Made by a program: the position numbers and the translations under genes
DNA from: Eledone cirrhosa
Lineage: Eukaryota
Length of the DNA: 64,000 nucleotides
Assembly: GCA_964016885.1 (NCBI GenBank)
Contig: OZ024740.1
Coordinates: 323,826,001 to 323,890,000 of the forward strand
Direction: 5' to 3'
Part shown: positions 1-12,107 of the stretch, piece after piece
Position numbering within the stretch: the stretch's first letter is position 1
How the letters are laid out: each line of letters begins with the position of its first letter
The notes under the pieces: generated by a model
Database searches by the model: none
Seen by the model: the letters and a program-made list of their open reading frames with translations, nothing else
What the model was told of the DNA's origin: nothing

Positions 1-172
1 ATGAGTTGCGACGTCACTGGTACCAAGCTCTATCGGCCATCGCCTTTCCCGTGGACAACATTGCTAGCGTGGAGAGAGGAGACTGGTGTGCATGGGCGAC
101 TGCTGGTCTTCCACAAATAACCTTGCACGGATTTGCACCTCGGTCATTCTTGATCGAAGGGGTCTTTACCCT
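1..172 (+). mobile_element. Probable SINE 3' portion
   Basis: GC-richer block ending at a (TA)n run; resembles, from memory, an octopus SINE 3' region. No second copy in the window. Confidence 0.45.
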
Positions 173-174
173 TT

Positions 175-238
<64 letters not shown>

Positions 239-418
239 AAGAATGAAGATTAACATGGTTGGCTGTACAATAAGGGCTTTATTTAAAGTACTGACAATTG
301 TTTCGTTGATCATGTGGGTCTAGAGTTCGCTAATCGCTTGATGTTGCGCTATTCGATCTCCACAGTGCAGAGCACTCACAACATGTCACTGGATTACTTA
401 TAACGATAACTTGTTATC

Positions 419-463
<45 letters not shown>

Positions 464-654
464 GAAATTTTTGTGTTTTTAAATTAAAAAATATGTTTCC
501 ACTTTGAACTACATTTATATACAACATATTCTAACTATAGTGGATAAGGCAGCACCGATTGGTTAACAAGTTCATTTTGCAATTAATTTGTTCCTTAATC
601 GATCTCATTGCGTGGTATCATACGTAACTCAAATTTACTACACCCTCGGATCGT

Positions 655-875
655 TCCATGCCTTCTGAATGAAAGTTGGTAGACAGAAACAGTTTGGAAG
701 TCTGTCGGATGGATTGTACTTGTAATTCAAAAGATCAGCCTTGTCATACACTGGATCTCCCTTAGAATTACAATAAGAGTACATTAGTCTGGGGAATCTT
801 CAGTCACTTACGCATTAATATCGTGAGCAGGCTGTTCCATTGATTGAAGAACTGAAATAATTCATCGTCGACATG
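655..875 (+). mobile_element. Degenerate dispersed repeat (SINE-like body)
   Basis: Diverged similarity to 58520-58870 (-) and 60700-60850 (+), e.g. ggtagac.gaaac and ag.ctgttcc.ttga motifs. Confidence 0.45.
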
Positions 876-1204
876 GAGGACTGAGATCCATTGCATTCTA
901 GGTAGAGTTAGTCATATAATATTTCCGTATTGATTCCAGGCTTCTAAGATTTTCAAGAGTATAACTGACAATACAGGGATATATGATGCTTGGCTAAGTT
1001 CTGTTGACTAACACAAAGAGGGGATTATCTCCCCTAGAGAAAGATTCTATTAAAGAATATCAAATTGCTGTACATTAGAACTTCTCTCCCTCGGTGGTTT
1101 ATCGTATCCCCCTCCCCACAGACATACACACATACACATACACACAGATATATATAGACACAAACAAATTTATAAATATATGTATGTATGTGCATATATA
1201 TATG

Positions 1205-1251
<47 letters not shown>

Positions 1252-1576
1252 AGATAAATCTACCAAAATGTACGGTAGAGTCCAATCCGTATGAAGAACT
1301 CAATGTAATCCGAATATCATGAAAAGAGAAGATATATTCAAAAAAAATTTTTCCGTTGAAAAATACAGGAAAACAGAGTCAAGATAAATTAATAAAAATA
1401 ATGAATAAAAACAAAGAAACAGTTCCTTATATTAAAAAATTCATCATTATACGATCGTTTCTAGGATATATATGTTTGTGTTGGTATGTAAATCATATAG
1501 ATCTATGTAAAATTTTTACAAACTATCAGAGGGAATATACATACCTACACATATATATGCTGTCTTCAGAAATAAT

Positions 1577-1748
1577 TGTTTCTACTTTAGGCACAAGGCC
1601 AGCAAATTACCCAGTGCATTACTGGTACTTTATTTTATCGACCCCGTAAGGATGAAAGGCAAAGTTAACCTCAACGGGATTTGAACTCAGATCGTAAAGG
1701 GACGTAACTATGCTGGAAAGCATGGCGTCCGACCCTCTACCGATACTG
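1577..1748 (-). mobile_element. tRNA-derived SINE (main family), with TSD
   Basis: A-box-like gcagtatcggtaga, B-box gagttcaaatcc, central gcctttcatccttacggggtcgataaaataaagtaccag; 13-bp TSD cttcagaaataat at 1564-1576 and 1749-1761. Confidence 0.85.
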
Positions 1749-1764
1749 CTTCAGAAATAATGAT

Positions 1765-2566
1765 ATTTATTTATTGAAAAAAACCAACAAAGATTTAATA
1801 TAATAGGTCTGTTTGGGAACAGGTTTTGAATTGACCAATAGAAAGGTAGTAAGTGGTCAAGATGATAGAATAGTAGTAATAGAACTTTAATTTAGGGGTA
1901 GAGGAAAGCAGATTTCAGTTTTGAATGGAAAGAGTATGATGAATGAAAAGATTATTTTAGGGATGAAAATAGGTCAAGTCGGTAAAAGGTACACGAAGAA
2001 TTGATGTTATAAAAGAATAATGCTAATGTAAATATCTAAGGAGAATAAAATTTTACGATAAATGTGTTAGTGAAAAATATCAATCTTATTTAAAATATAG
2101 GGAATTTACATCTATAAAAAGAAAATAAATTAATTAAATTGATAGGTAAATTTATATTGATAAATTTATATTAATTCATATAGATATGATAAATAAGAGT
2201 TAGATGTAATTGAAGAGTGCTGTTAAAAACGAAGGGAAAATAAAAAAATAATAATTATTATTATTGGGGGGGGGGTAAATTTATAAGTGAGAAATAACAA
2301 ATTTATATAGATTATAAGGAAAATAGAATCATAACCTGAAATTAAAATAGTTTATATGTATACATATTGGTATAAATTTTAGGAAAAGATAGCTGTAAAA
2401 GGGAAATAAAATGATGTAGTTCATTAGTAGTAGAATATTAATTATAGGTTAACTAATTTAAAAAAAGTGTTATAATAATTTCTAAAGTGTATATTAATTA
2501 GGTTTATAATATTTAAAAGTTCTTCTCAGTTTATGATTACATGATATAATTAATTCCTGTCGTTTA

Positions 2567-2570
<4 letters not shown>
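1765..2570 (-). mobile_element. Probable Penelope-like element 3' remnant (ORF C-terminus plus AT-rich 3' region)
   Basis: Starts at a (TA)n run with [14 protein letters not shown]..., resembling the LNKRxELxxxCxH tail of PLE GIY-YIG proteins. Confidence 0.45.
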
Positions 2571-2656
<86 letters not shown>

Positions 2657-2678
2657 TCACACAGACGTACACACATGC

Positions 2679-2752
<74 letters not shown>

Positions 2753-2767
2753 AAGAGAGAGAGAGGG

Positions 2768-2838
<71 letters not shown>

Positions 2839-2927
2839 TTACGAAAGGTAAACGGAAAATAATGAAGCAAACAAGACAGACCAATAAAGATATATATTAG
2901 TTTAACGCTTGATGTCGTAGAATTAGA

Positions 2928-2965
2928 GTCTTGAACGTTTCGAATGCCAGTCCTCCATCAGAAGG
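2928..2965 (-). ncRNA. Degenerate hammerhead motif (GGAC-stem family)
   Basis: CTGATGG AGGAC TGGC ATTC GAAA CGTT; a diverged, inverted partner of the 3210 copy. Confidence 0.4.
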
Positions 2966-3209
2966 TTGAATGAGAAGAAGAAATAGCAAGATAAACGAAA
3001 GTAAGAAGATGAAGAATCGTAAACAATTGATTTTGAGAAATTCAATCAACAATTTGGAAATATGAGTGTGTGAACAAAATCTGTCCTGCCAGCACCAACA
3101 GTTTTGCAAGAGATGTCAACATGAATGGCCCTATTATTTTTATCTAAAGTCATTTTTTTTTTCAATTCCATCCCGCCCGTTCCTTTAATCTATTTTATTT
3201 CTCATTCTT

Positions 3210-3246
3210 TCTTCTGATGAAGGACTAGGCGTCCAAAATGTTAAGA
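3210..3246 (+). ncRNA. Degenerate hammerhead motif (GGAC-stem family)
   Basis: tctt CTGATGA A GGAC TAGGC GTCC AAAA TGTT aaga; G12 is mutated. A better copy lies at 29209. Confidence 0.45.
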
Positions 3247-3302
3247 CCTTCTTCCTGCTATATCAGATGTTATTGTAACCATAACATCTGTCTGAAAGTT
3301 AG

Positions 3303-3390
<88 letters not shown>

Positions 3391-3484
3391 TTTAGTAATA
3401 ATAATAAATTTGAAGACTAAAATCGAAAGAGGGCTCGATAAGGATAAATATATATCAAATATATTAGAAGCGTAGAGCAAATAA

Positions 3485-3631
3485 TTATTAAAATAACAGA
3501 TTAAAGTTTAAGCAAAGAATCGCTGCTTTCACCCTTAACGGGATCTTCTGAAACTTTTTTAGTTTCAGAAGATCCCGTTAAGGGTGAAAGCAGCGATTCT
3601 TTTCTTAAACTTTAATCTGTTATTTTAATAA
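3485..3631. repeat. Near-perfect inverted repeat (~70-bp arms, 5-nt spacer) between (TA)n runs
   Basis: 3485-3555 is the reverse complement of 3561-3631. Arms contain an HHR-like CAGAAGA T CCC GTTAA GGG T GAAA. Confidence 0.85.
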
Positions 3632-3635
3632 ATAA

Positions 3636-3801
<166 letters not shown>

Positions 3802-4253
3802 GTATGAACAATGTACGAAGCCGAATTTTCGGCCTATGAAGCGATGAGAATATATGTAATTATATAAGTACTAGGCCTCCCGTGACCCGTTGGGTGACGC
3901 TCACTTTAAAATATTTTTTTAAAATCATGTTCACTTAAAAATAATGTTTAAATAATTAAAATATACACAGACATGTATATAATGCGATATGAAACTGGAA
4001 GGCCCATATATATATACGTGTGTGTTTGTCTACATGTATATATGTGTGTGTGTGTGTATATAAATGTGTGTGGGTGTCTGTGATCAATATACACTGGTAA
4101 TAGACACACACACACACACATATACACACACACTCACATATATATATACACAACAACACCACCAGATCTCTTCCATTCTCCTTCTCTCTCTCCTCACCCT
4201 CTATGTCTCTCTTTCAATCTACTCTGTCACAACCACTATCTCTTTCTCTCTAT

Positions 4254-4307
<54 letters not shown>

Positions 4308-4530
4308 ATGAAGGTACTCAGAAAACACCATATCTCGAGAACCCGGGGTCCAATTTACGCGTAATTTGTTTTATTCCATTTGTATCCCCATTTCAAGGTC
4401 AACTTCACGGTCAAGTATTTTCCCATTATGCGCCCTTTTAGCTGTATTACATTACAAGAAAGCAAGCAAGCAAGTAATCACAGGCATTTAGCAATATATA
4501 CATATAAGTGGTTACACAACAGTTAGTTCA

Positions 4531-4580
4531 CCATACCGAGAACAATTGTTTCACCTTAACGGATCCTCAGCTCGTAATGG
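4531..4580 (-). ncRNA. Minimal type I hammerhead ribozyme motif
   Basis: ccattaCGAG CTGAGGA T CC GTTAA GG T GAAA C AATT G TT CTCGgtatgg: intact core, stem I with a 2x2 internal loop, palindromic stem III. Confidence 0.7.
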
Positions 4581-4602
4581 ACATGGTTATACGGAACATG
4601 GT

Positions 4603-4636
<34 letters not shown>

Positions 4637-4645
4637 CGTGTGTGT

Positions 4646-4748
<103 letters not shown>

Positions 4749-5544
4749 GATAGATAGATATCATTAGTTGCTTGAGGGACAAAATATGAAAATAAGTAAT
4801 ATTAAAAGTAATGCCTGACAAATGATAGAATAAACGAAGCTGGCATGGAAGGATATCATATAGATATTTAATGGAATCCATAAAGCAGGAAAGACTATAA
4901 AGGTTTCAGAAATTAACATTTAGGATATGAGTTTAAAAAACTGGTAGTTTATTTTGTCAACCCCGGAAAGATGATAAGTAGACCCGAGCAAAATTTGAAC
5001 TGGAGCATATATTAAGTTATGCAATGTGATGTTGAGAGGATATGGTGGTGCGGGGAGGGTGATGAATTTTTCAGTAAATTTTAGTCTTTAACAATTAATA
5101 GAATAACCGAACCCGGTCTCCAACGATGTAAAATACTTCAGAAAATCAATACCTAAGTATAAAGTAGGTAAGACCATAAAGAATGCAATATAACTTTTTA
5201 AATATTTAAAACTCCGAACAGTAACAGTAGTTGAATGGTACAACTGCTGGTTATATAATTGTATAACTACTAATTTTAATTGGCAATGACTGTTCTGAAG
5301 AAGAAGAATTTTGCTTAACCTTTTACCAACTAGATGTAAGAATGTAGAAGGCGTCGCTTGACTGAAGCCTCGGTCACTAGCTGTGTGTGTATTGACTATA
5401 GCGTCCATCGGCGTCGCTGGGCTGAATCCGCAGTCGCTCTAGAAGTGTGTCTTGGCTACAGCATCCATCGGTGTCGCTGGGCTGAAGCCTCTAGTGAAAC
5501 ACGTCTCCTCGAATATGGCTTGCTAATTTGTTGTTCAACTGACT

Positions 5545-5659
<115 letters not shown>

Positions 5660-5762
5660 AAAGTTCAATTTAAATTGTTGGGATACAACAAGCAAATATT
5701 ATTATAACTGATATAAAGCACTCGACAAATATTTAGAGTAGATATACGATATTAATAAAACC

Positions 5763-6062
5763 ATATTTATAAAACCATATTTATTTCATTATATATATTT
5801 CAAGGATACCAAGTTAAATCATGGTATGCCTTCATCAGACAAAATACAATATATAACAGTTTTACAAATAGATAATTGACATACCCTTTCAATAGTCTAT
5901 CCGGATGGCCTCCAAAAACAACGGTCACCTTTTTGAAAGGGTATGTCAATTATCTATTTGTAAAACTGTTATATATTGTATTTTGTCTGATGAAGGCATA
6001 CCATGATTTAACTTGGTATCCTTGAAATATATATAATGAAATAAATATGGTTTTATAAATAT
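5763..6062. repeat. Inverted repeat (130-bp arms, 40-nt spacer) with an HHR in each arm
   Basis: 5763-5892 is the reverse complement of 5933-6062; the insert lies between (TA)n runs. A related copy is at 27270-27410. Confidence 0.9.
5979..6043 (+). ncRNA. Hammerhead ribozyme motif
   Basis: tattttgt CTGATGA AGGCATACCA..TGGTATCCTT GAAA TATATA TA atgaaata; mirror copy on the minus strand at ~5782-5846. Confidence 0.65.
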
Positions 6063-6080
6063 AGTTTCCATTTATTAATA

Positions 6081-6137
<57 letters not shown>

Positions 6138-6143
<6 letters not shown>

Positions 6144-6680
6144 TTGGTGCTCTGAAATAGCGATGTATACATGAATGTATATAAAGTATATTTGGCAATA
6201 TACTGTATGCTTAATTAAAAATAAGACCTTGCGCTATTATTTTAGAATAAAGTACCAGTAATGCACTGGATAATTGCTGGCCTTGTGCCTAAAGTAGAAA
6301 CAATTATTTTAAAGTAGTGACTATGTCACTTACTTCTTTTTTCAAAAAAGGGAGATAAGCTGACAGATCTGTTTCATACTGTTGGTAATCAGCAGAGCTT
6401 AGCACTCGCCTTTGCCTGTTGAAAAATTATAGATGTTGGATTCTTATAGCATTCCAGTAATAATCAGGAACTGATTATACAGAGCGATTGCCGGTCCAGC
6501 AAAAACGGAAAATTAGGATTGGTGCTCTGAAATAGCGATGTATATATTTGGCAATATACTGTATATTTAAAATAATAGCGCAAGGTCTTCAAAATGTTTT
6601 AAATTAAACATACAGTATATTGCCAAATATACTATATATACATTTATGTATACATCTCTATTTCAGAGCACCAATTCTAA
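6138..6680. repeat. Rearranged repeat: two direct copies and one inverted copy of a ~60-80-bp segment
   Basis: ttggtgctctgaaatagcgatgtata... at ~6144 and ~6519 (+), reverse complement at ~6600-6680; a SINE 3' fragment lies at 6246-6307. Confidence 0.7.
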
Positions 6681-6905
6681 TTTTCAATTTTTCCACTTTT
6701 TTCTCATTTTTTTTATTTGCTCTTCCTTCCTCTTTTCACTCTTTATCTTTCTATTTTACCTTTTATTTCTAACTCTTTTTTAATGGAAGATAAGTGTCCG
6801 AAACGTTAAGTCACTTTTCCTGGTATTTCAAGCGCTAAAATAATATATTACTTTAATTTACTGTGTCGTATGTGTTCGTATTTCTGTTTACTTTTTGCAT
6901 ACATA

Positions 6906-6955
<50 letters not shown>

Positions 6956-6978
6956 TATATTATATATATACATATAAG

Positions 6979-7173
6979 TTTATCCCGGGTTCAATCGGGG
7001 GTAAACACAGTAAGTAAGGTACTCAATACAGAGCAGAGTATGCATATTTAATATAGAAATGGCTTCTACAAGACTAAAAGTGTTTCATTCGGGAGAAATC
7101 CACAGGAAGCCCTGATGATTTCTCCCCAATGAATCAGTTCTAGTCCTGTAGAATCCATTTCTATATTAAATAT
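6979..7173. mobile_element. (TA)n-inserted fold-back element with HHR motif
   Basis: Arms ~7045-7100 and ~7117-7173 are inverted; CTGATGA T TTC TCCC CAA T GAAT at 7112. Same family as 22737-22895. Confidence 0.7.
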
Positions 7174-7321
7174 ATATACATACATATATACGTACATATC
7201 GGCGCTTATTTACAGGACATCTGTAGCGATCGGGATATATATATATATACATATATATATATACATACATATATATATATGTATATATATAGATAGATAT
7301 AGATATATGTATATATGTATA

Positions 7322-8479
7322 TCATCATTATCTATAAAAGGCAGATTGTTGTTGTTGTTGTGTGTGTGTGTGTGTGTGTGCATGTTCCATGTTTATACAT
7401 TTGCACAATTTCAAACCGATTCGACTCAAAATCTGTAAGAATGTTGTAAATGGTCTAACTTAGTTCAACGACTATTTATTTCATTCACACTCACCCACAA
7501 TTACGGAAATAATCGATAAAACTAAATACATGACGCTTTACCCCTCTAATACAATCAGACTACCTCTCTCTACTCACCTTAAACTTTAAGAGAGAGACAG
7601 AGAGGGAGAGAGAGAGGGAACGTTTGTTTTTGAGTGTGGAACGGTCAAACATTTATTTACTTCAATGACAAAGAGAACTTATTACATTTCATACGAAACA
7701 ACAATTATTCAAAAGCAACAGATAAATTTATTCAACAACAAAAAAAAATAGCAATAAATCTTTTTTAAAACATCTATCAACGAACGTGGAAGAAAGAAGT
7801 ATCCGTTCATTTACTATACACAATAATATCCTCTATGAGGTCACTAAACCTGCTAGAAACAGCAGCTAACTCTCCTCCATATCACACCACTCCCTACTGT
7901 CTTAAATTTAGAAAACATATTCTCTATGAGGTCAATAAACCTGCTAGAAACAGCAGCTAACTGTCCCCCATATTCAAAAGCAACAGATAAATTTATTCAA
8001 CAACAAAAAAAAATAGCGATAAATCTTTTTTAAAACATCTATCAACGAACGTGGAAGAAAGAAGTATCAGTTCCTTTACTATACACAATAATATCCACTA
8101 TGAGGTCACTAAACCTGCTAGAAACAGCAGCTAACTCTCCCCCATGTCACACCCTCCCTACTGTCTTAAATTTAGAAAACACACATTAGACAACCATGCA
8201 GAACAACTCCATCGCAGCTCTGTTGTTCGGCAGGCATCGTCAACGCGCGTGTTGCGCAAGTACTGTGAAACAATAAATTTCAACACTTTTTTGCACAGAG
8301 ATAATATCCATAGGCGAAACTACAATTGTCACTGCTGGCGCAGCTCCTGCTTCGGCAGTCCAGGTCTGCAATTCATTCACCCAGTGCCTGGCAGAGAAAA
8401 AAGTGCTGCCATTAAATGGGTGGTGCAACCTAACTTTGGTAACTTACTGACCCCGAGCAACGCCGGGCTTTAATGCTAG
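7322..8479 (+). mobile_element. Non-autonomous Helitron
   Basis: 5' TC after A; subterminal GC hairpin cccgagcaacgccggg (8452-8467); 3' CTAG followed by T; internal (GT)n; internal ~265-bp tandem duplication (7706 vs 7971). Confidence 0.7.
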
Positions 8480-9064
8480 TATATATATAAGAATAGGTGT
8501 GTTTGTGTGTGTATGTGTTTGTTGCGTTCAAAACAACAATTCTGTTTTTATATTATTTCTCAAAGCTTCTTCCTGTTTTCATGGCGTTCCTTGCAGTTTA
8601 TCATCAATGTTTCTAGACATTTATAGTATATGTGTGTATGTATATGTGTATATATAGAAGTATATATTCCAAACAGCTATTACTATCCACAGATATTCTC
8701 TATAGAAATAAAATATTTTTTCTATTCTTTGATTTATTTTCCTTTTTCGTAAAGTATATATTTGCTAATTCTTCAATGTACTATACATTATTAAGCGCCC
8801 CTGTCTCTCTCTTTCTATCTCTGACTCTTTCTCTCTCACTCTCTCCGTGTCTTCTTACTCTCTCTCTCTCTCTCTAACCTCCCTCTCATTCCCTCCATCT
8901 AATTCAATCATACACACATACTCTCTCTCTCACCTCTCTCTCTCTTTCTCACCTCTTTCTCTGTTCTCTCTCTCTCTCTTTCCTCCCCCTCTCATTCCCT
9001 CTATCTAACTCAATCACACACTGTCTCTCCTTTCTCTCTCTCCTCTTTCTCTCTTTTCTCCTCC

Positions 9065-9141
<77 letters not shown>

Positions 9142-9498
9142 TCCATTATAATAAAACATATATTGGTAATTCTATGTACTATAAATTATTTCATTCCCCG
9201 CTCTTTCTCTCATACTCCTTCTCTGTCATTCACTCATGCCATGTTGTCTTCTCGTACCTCTCTTTCTCATCGCCCTCTCCATGCTATTCTTTCTTCTCTC
9301 ATTCCCAGTATTGTTTTTTTTTTCATTGTCTTTATTTTATTTCTACATTTCTTTTATCTTCTCAATATTATCAATTTGATGGTACCATATATATTTTATG
9401 TGTTAATGAAGTCGATGGCAAATTACTAGCGGGAAAAAACAACTAAAAACAATGTGCAATATAGGTAGATAGATAGATAGATGGATAGATAGACAGGC

Positions 9499-9587
<89 letters not shown>

Positions 9588-9618
9588 GAGAGATGAATAG
9601 CAATAGAGGTTTAAAGAC

Positions 9619-9668
<50 letters not shown>

Positions 9669-9744
9669 TATCATACTCTGCTCTGTAAGAGCATAGAGTG
9701 CTCAACCGGCATACCGCCTGTGGAAGCATCTTTGCTACCATCAG

Positions 9745-9830
<86 letters not shown>

Positions 9831-9944
9831 ATATATGTATATATATATACAGAGAGAGAGAGGGACGGTAGATAATTAGATAGGTAGTCAAAATGACAGA
9901 CAGACAGAAAGTCAGACAGATAGATAGCCAGATAGGTAAGATGA

Positions 9945-9981
<37 letters not shown>

Positions 9982-10375
9982 CATACATATATACAGACAA
10001 CTATATAAATAACTAGATAGACCAACAGACAGGTAAATAGATAGATCAATAGATAGATAAACAGGTAGATAGATATATACGTATGTAGTAATGTAAGTAG
10101 ATAGGTAAGTAAACAAATAGATACAAAAATAAATAGATAGATAGACAAAAGAGAAATAAAAGAAAGAAAATAACGAAGAGGCAAAACATGATACAAAAAA
10201 AATATGATTGAATATAGAAAAATTGGTGATAAAAAATATCATGGAATTCTAGAAGAGGTTTTAGGTAGATGTCGTTAATTATGGAGTATCGAACTAAATG
10301 AGAGTCGTGTGATTGGAAAAATGATTTCATTAGAAATAATCACTACATCACAACATGGAGTGATCGTTTGCAAAA

Positions 10376-10495
10376 ACCTCACAACGAACGCCTGCAAAAA
10401 ACATCACAACGATCGTCTACAAAAACATCACAACGATCGTCTGCAAAAACATCCCAACGATCGTCTGCATAAACATCACAACGATCGTCTGCAAT
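10376..10495 (+). repeat. 24-bp minisatellite, ~5 copies (aaaaacatcacaacgatcgtctgc)
   Basis: Direct tandem repeats without spacers. Confidence 0.85.
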
Positions 10496-10611
10496 AACAT
10501 TTCACTTCCCTTTACTGAATATTTATTGTTTATATTTTTTTATTGTTTTCCTTTTTTGTCTCTTTTTCTTCTTTTCTTTTATATTTTTTTCATATATTCT
10601 TCAGTTTCATT

Positions 10612-10623
10612 TTGTTGTTATCG

Positions 10624-10697
<74 letters not shown>

Positions 10698-10752
10698 CTT
10701 CTTCTTCTTCTTCTTCTTCTTCTTCTTCTTCTTCTTCTTCTTCTTCTTCTTC
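10612..10752. repeat. Compound (GTT)n(CTT)n microsatellite
   Basis: Directly visible. Confidence 0.9.
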
Positions 10753-10824
10753 ATGTGTGTGTGTGTGTATGTATATATATATGTGTGTATGTGTGTGTAC
10801 ATATTGCGTCAAACGAATCTCATG

Positions 10825-11330
10825 ATAGCGTTCTATAGAGGACTAGTGGTTGTCAAGTGCGATGATGTTCTTAGGGAATCTCTAGGTGTCAACTAGAATG
10901 AACTGAGCAGTCCGATCCGAGGGCTTTCGGCCCGAGGACTATAAACTATTTCCAGAAAACCTTGGCGTTGCAGTTCAACTTGAGGTTGAAGGCAAACTCT
11001 ACATACAGGTAAGTGCTGTCCAATGGGTCTGTCCAAGAGCGCGCAGGGTGATAAAGCCGTTCTGCGCGCATTCGTCCAGTGACCTTGTATTGCTCACTTC
11101 GGAAGTTTTACCGAACAGCTTTTGTCACGTCTATGGCGGCGCTGACTACCAGCCAACTTCACCATAAATAATGCCCCACCGTCTTCTTTTAGCGCGGAAG
11201 AGTTTTCACTGTCCATTAGCTGCGGGGAAAGAGTTTATATGTTGGACGAGACTGAATGGACTGAATATAGATGAATTCCTCTTCGGACAAACACTCATTG
11301 ACTTTTTCAAGTTCCACATGGAAGGTGAGG
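10825..11330 (+). mobile_element. Degenerate L1/Tx1-like LINE ORF2 C-terminal remnant
   Basis: Broken frames give AFYRGLVVVKCDD..., VCPR...GDKAVLRAFVQ (eroded CCHC-type knuckle) and KEFICWTRLNGL...LIDFFKFH; recognised from memory only. Confidence 0.45.
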
Positions 11331-11608
11331 GTGGAGAAGGAAATGTTAACCCCACCCAATTATATTTGTGAATGAACCTATTCTAAGCGTGCGCCTGTAA
11401 GCCGGAGTGAATTGGGATCTGTGAGGTTCCTAGATTATCCCCGAGTTCTACATTGTCTTATTGAGAAATTCTGATGGTTTCAATGTATTGTTACCGGCTG
11501 ACCTTCTACATACGTCTGTTTATATATTAATCACCTTGTTTATTGTATTGTTCTAAATATTTAGGCTCCAGTTGCAAGTAAAGAAATTATTATCATTGTT
11601 ATTATAGT

Positions 11609-11783
11609 GCGGTGGATTGGCAGTATCGGTAGAGGGCCGAACGCCATGCTTTGCAGCATGGAGTTACGCCCCTTTACAATCTGAGTTCAAATCTCGCCGA
11701 GCTTAACTTTGCCTTTCATCCTTAAGGTGTCGATAAAATAAAGCACCAGTAATGCACTGGGTTAATTGCTGGCCTTGTGCCAT
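11609..11783 (+). mobile_element. tRNA-derived SINE (main family), with TSD
   Basis: Full head and body; 14-bp TSD attgttattatagt at 11595-11608 and 11784-11797. Confidence 0.85.
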
Positions 11784-11804
11784 ATTGTTATTATAGTTGC
11801 TGTG

Positions 11805-12020
11805 AGGGCGGTGTCTTGGCAGTATCAGTAGAGCATCGGACAATATGCTTTGAGGCATAAAGTTACATATATTTACGTTATGAGTTCAAATCCTGCCGTG
11901 GTTAGCTTGGATTTTCATCCCTATAGGGTCGATAAAATGAAGTACCAGTAACACACTGAGTTCGGATTGTCTTCCCCTCCCCCCCCCAAATTATCGTCCT
12001 TGTGCCTAAATCAGAAACCA
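11805..12020 (+). mobile_element. SINE, related subfamily
   Basis: Same head and central domain, longer 3' part. Confidence 0.75.
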
Positions 12021-12107
12021 TTATTGTTATTTTTGTGGTTTCATTGGTGGTGATGGTGATGGCGGGATGATATTGGCATATTAGTCTTGTTGTTGGGGTG
12101 GTCGTGC

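Noticed and set aside
10376-10495. 24-bp repeats, and the 46.6-kb array with variable inserts, as CRISPR-like arrays
   Set aside because: No unique spacers, no cas genes, eukaryotic context.
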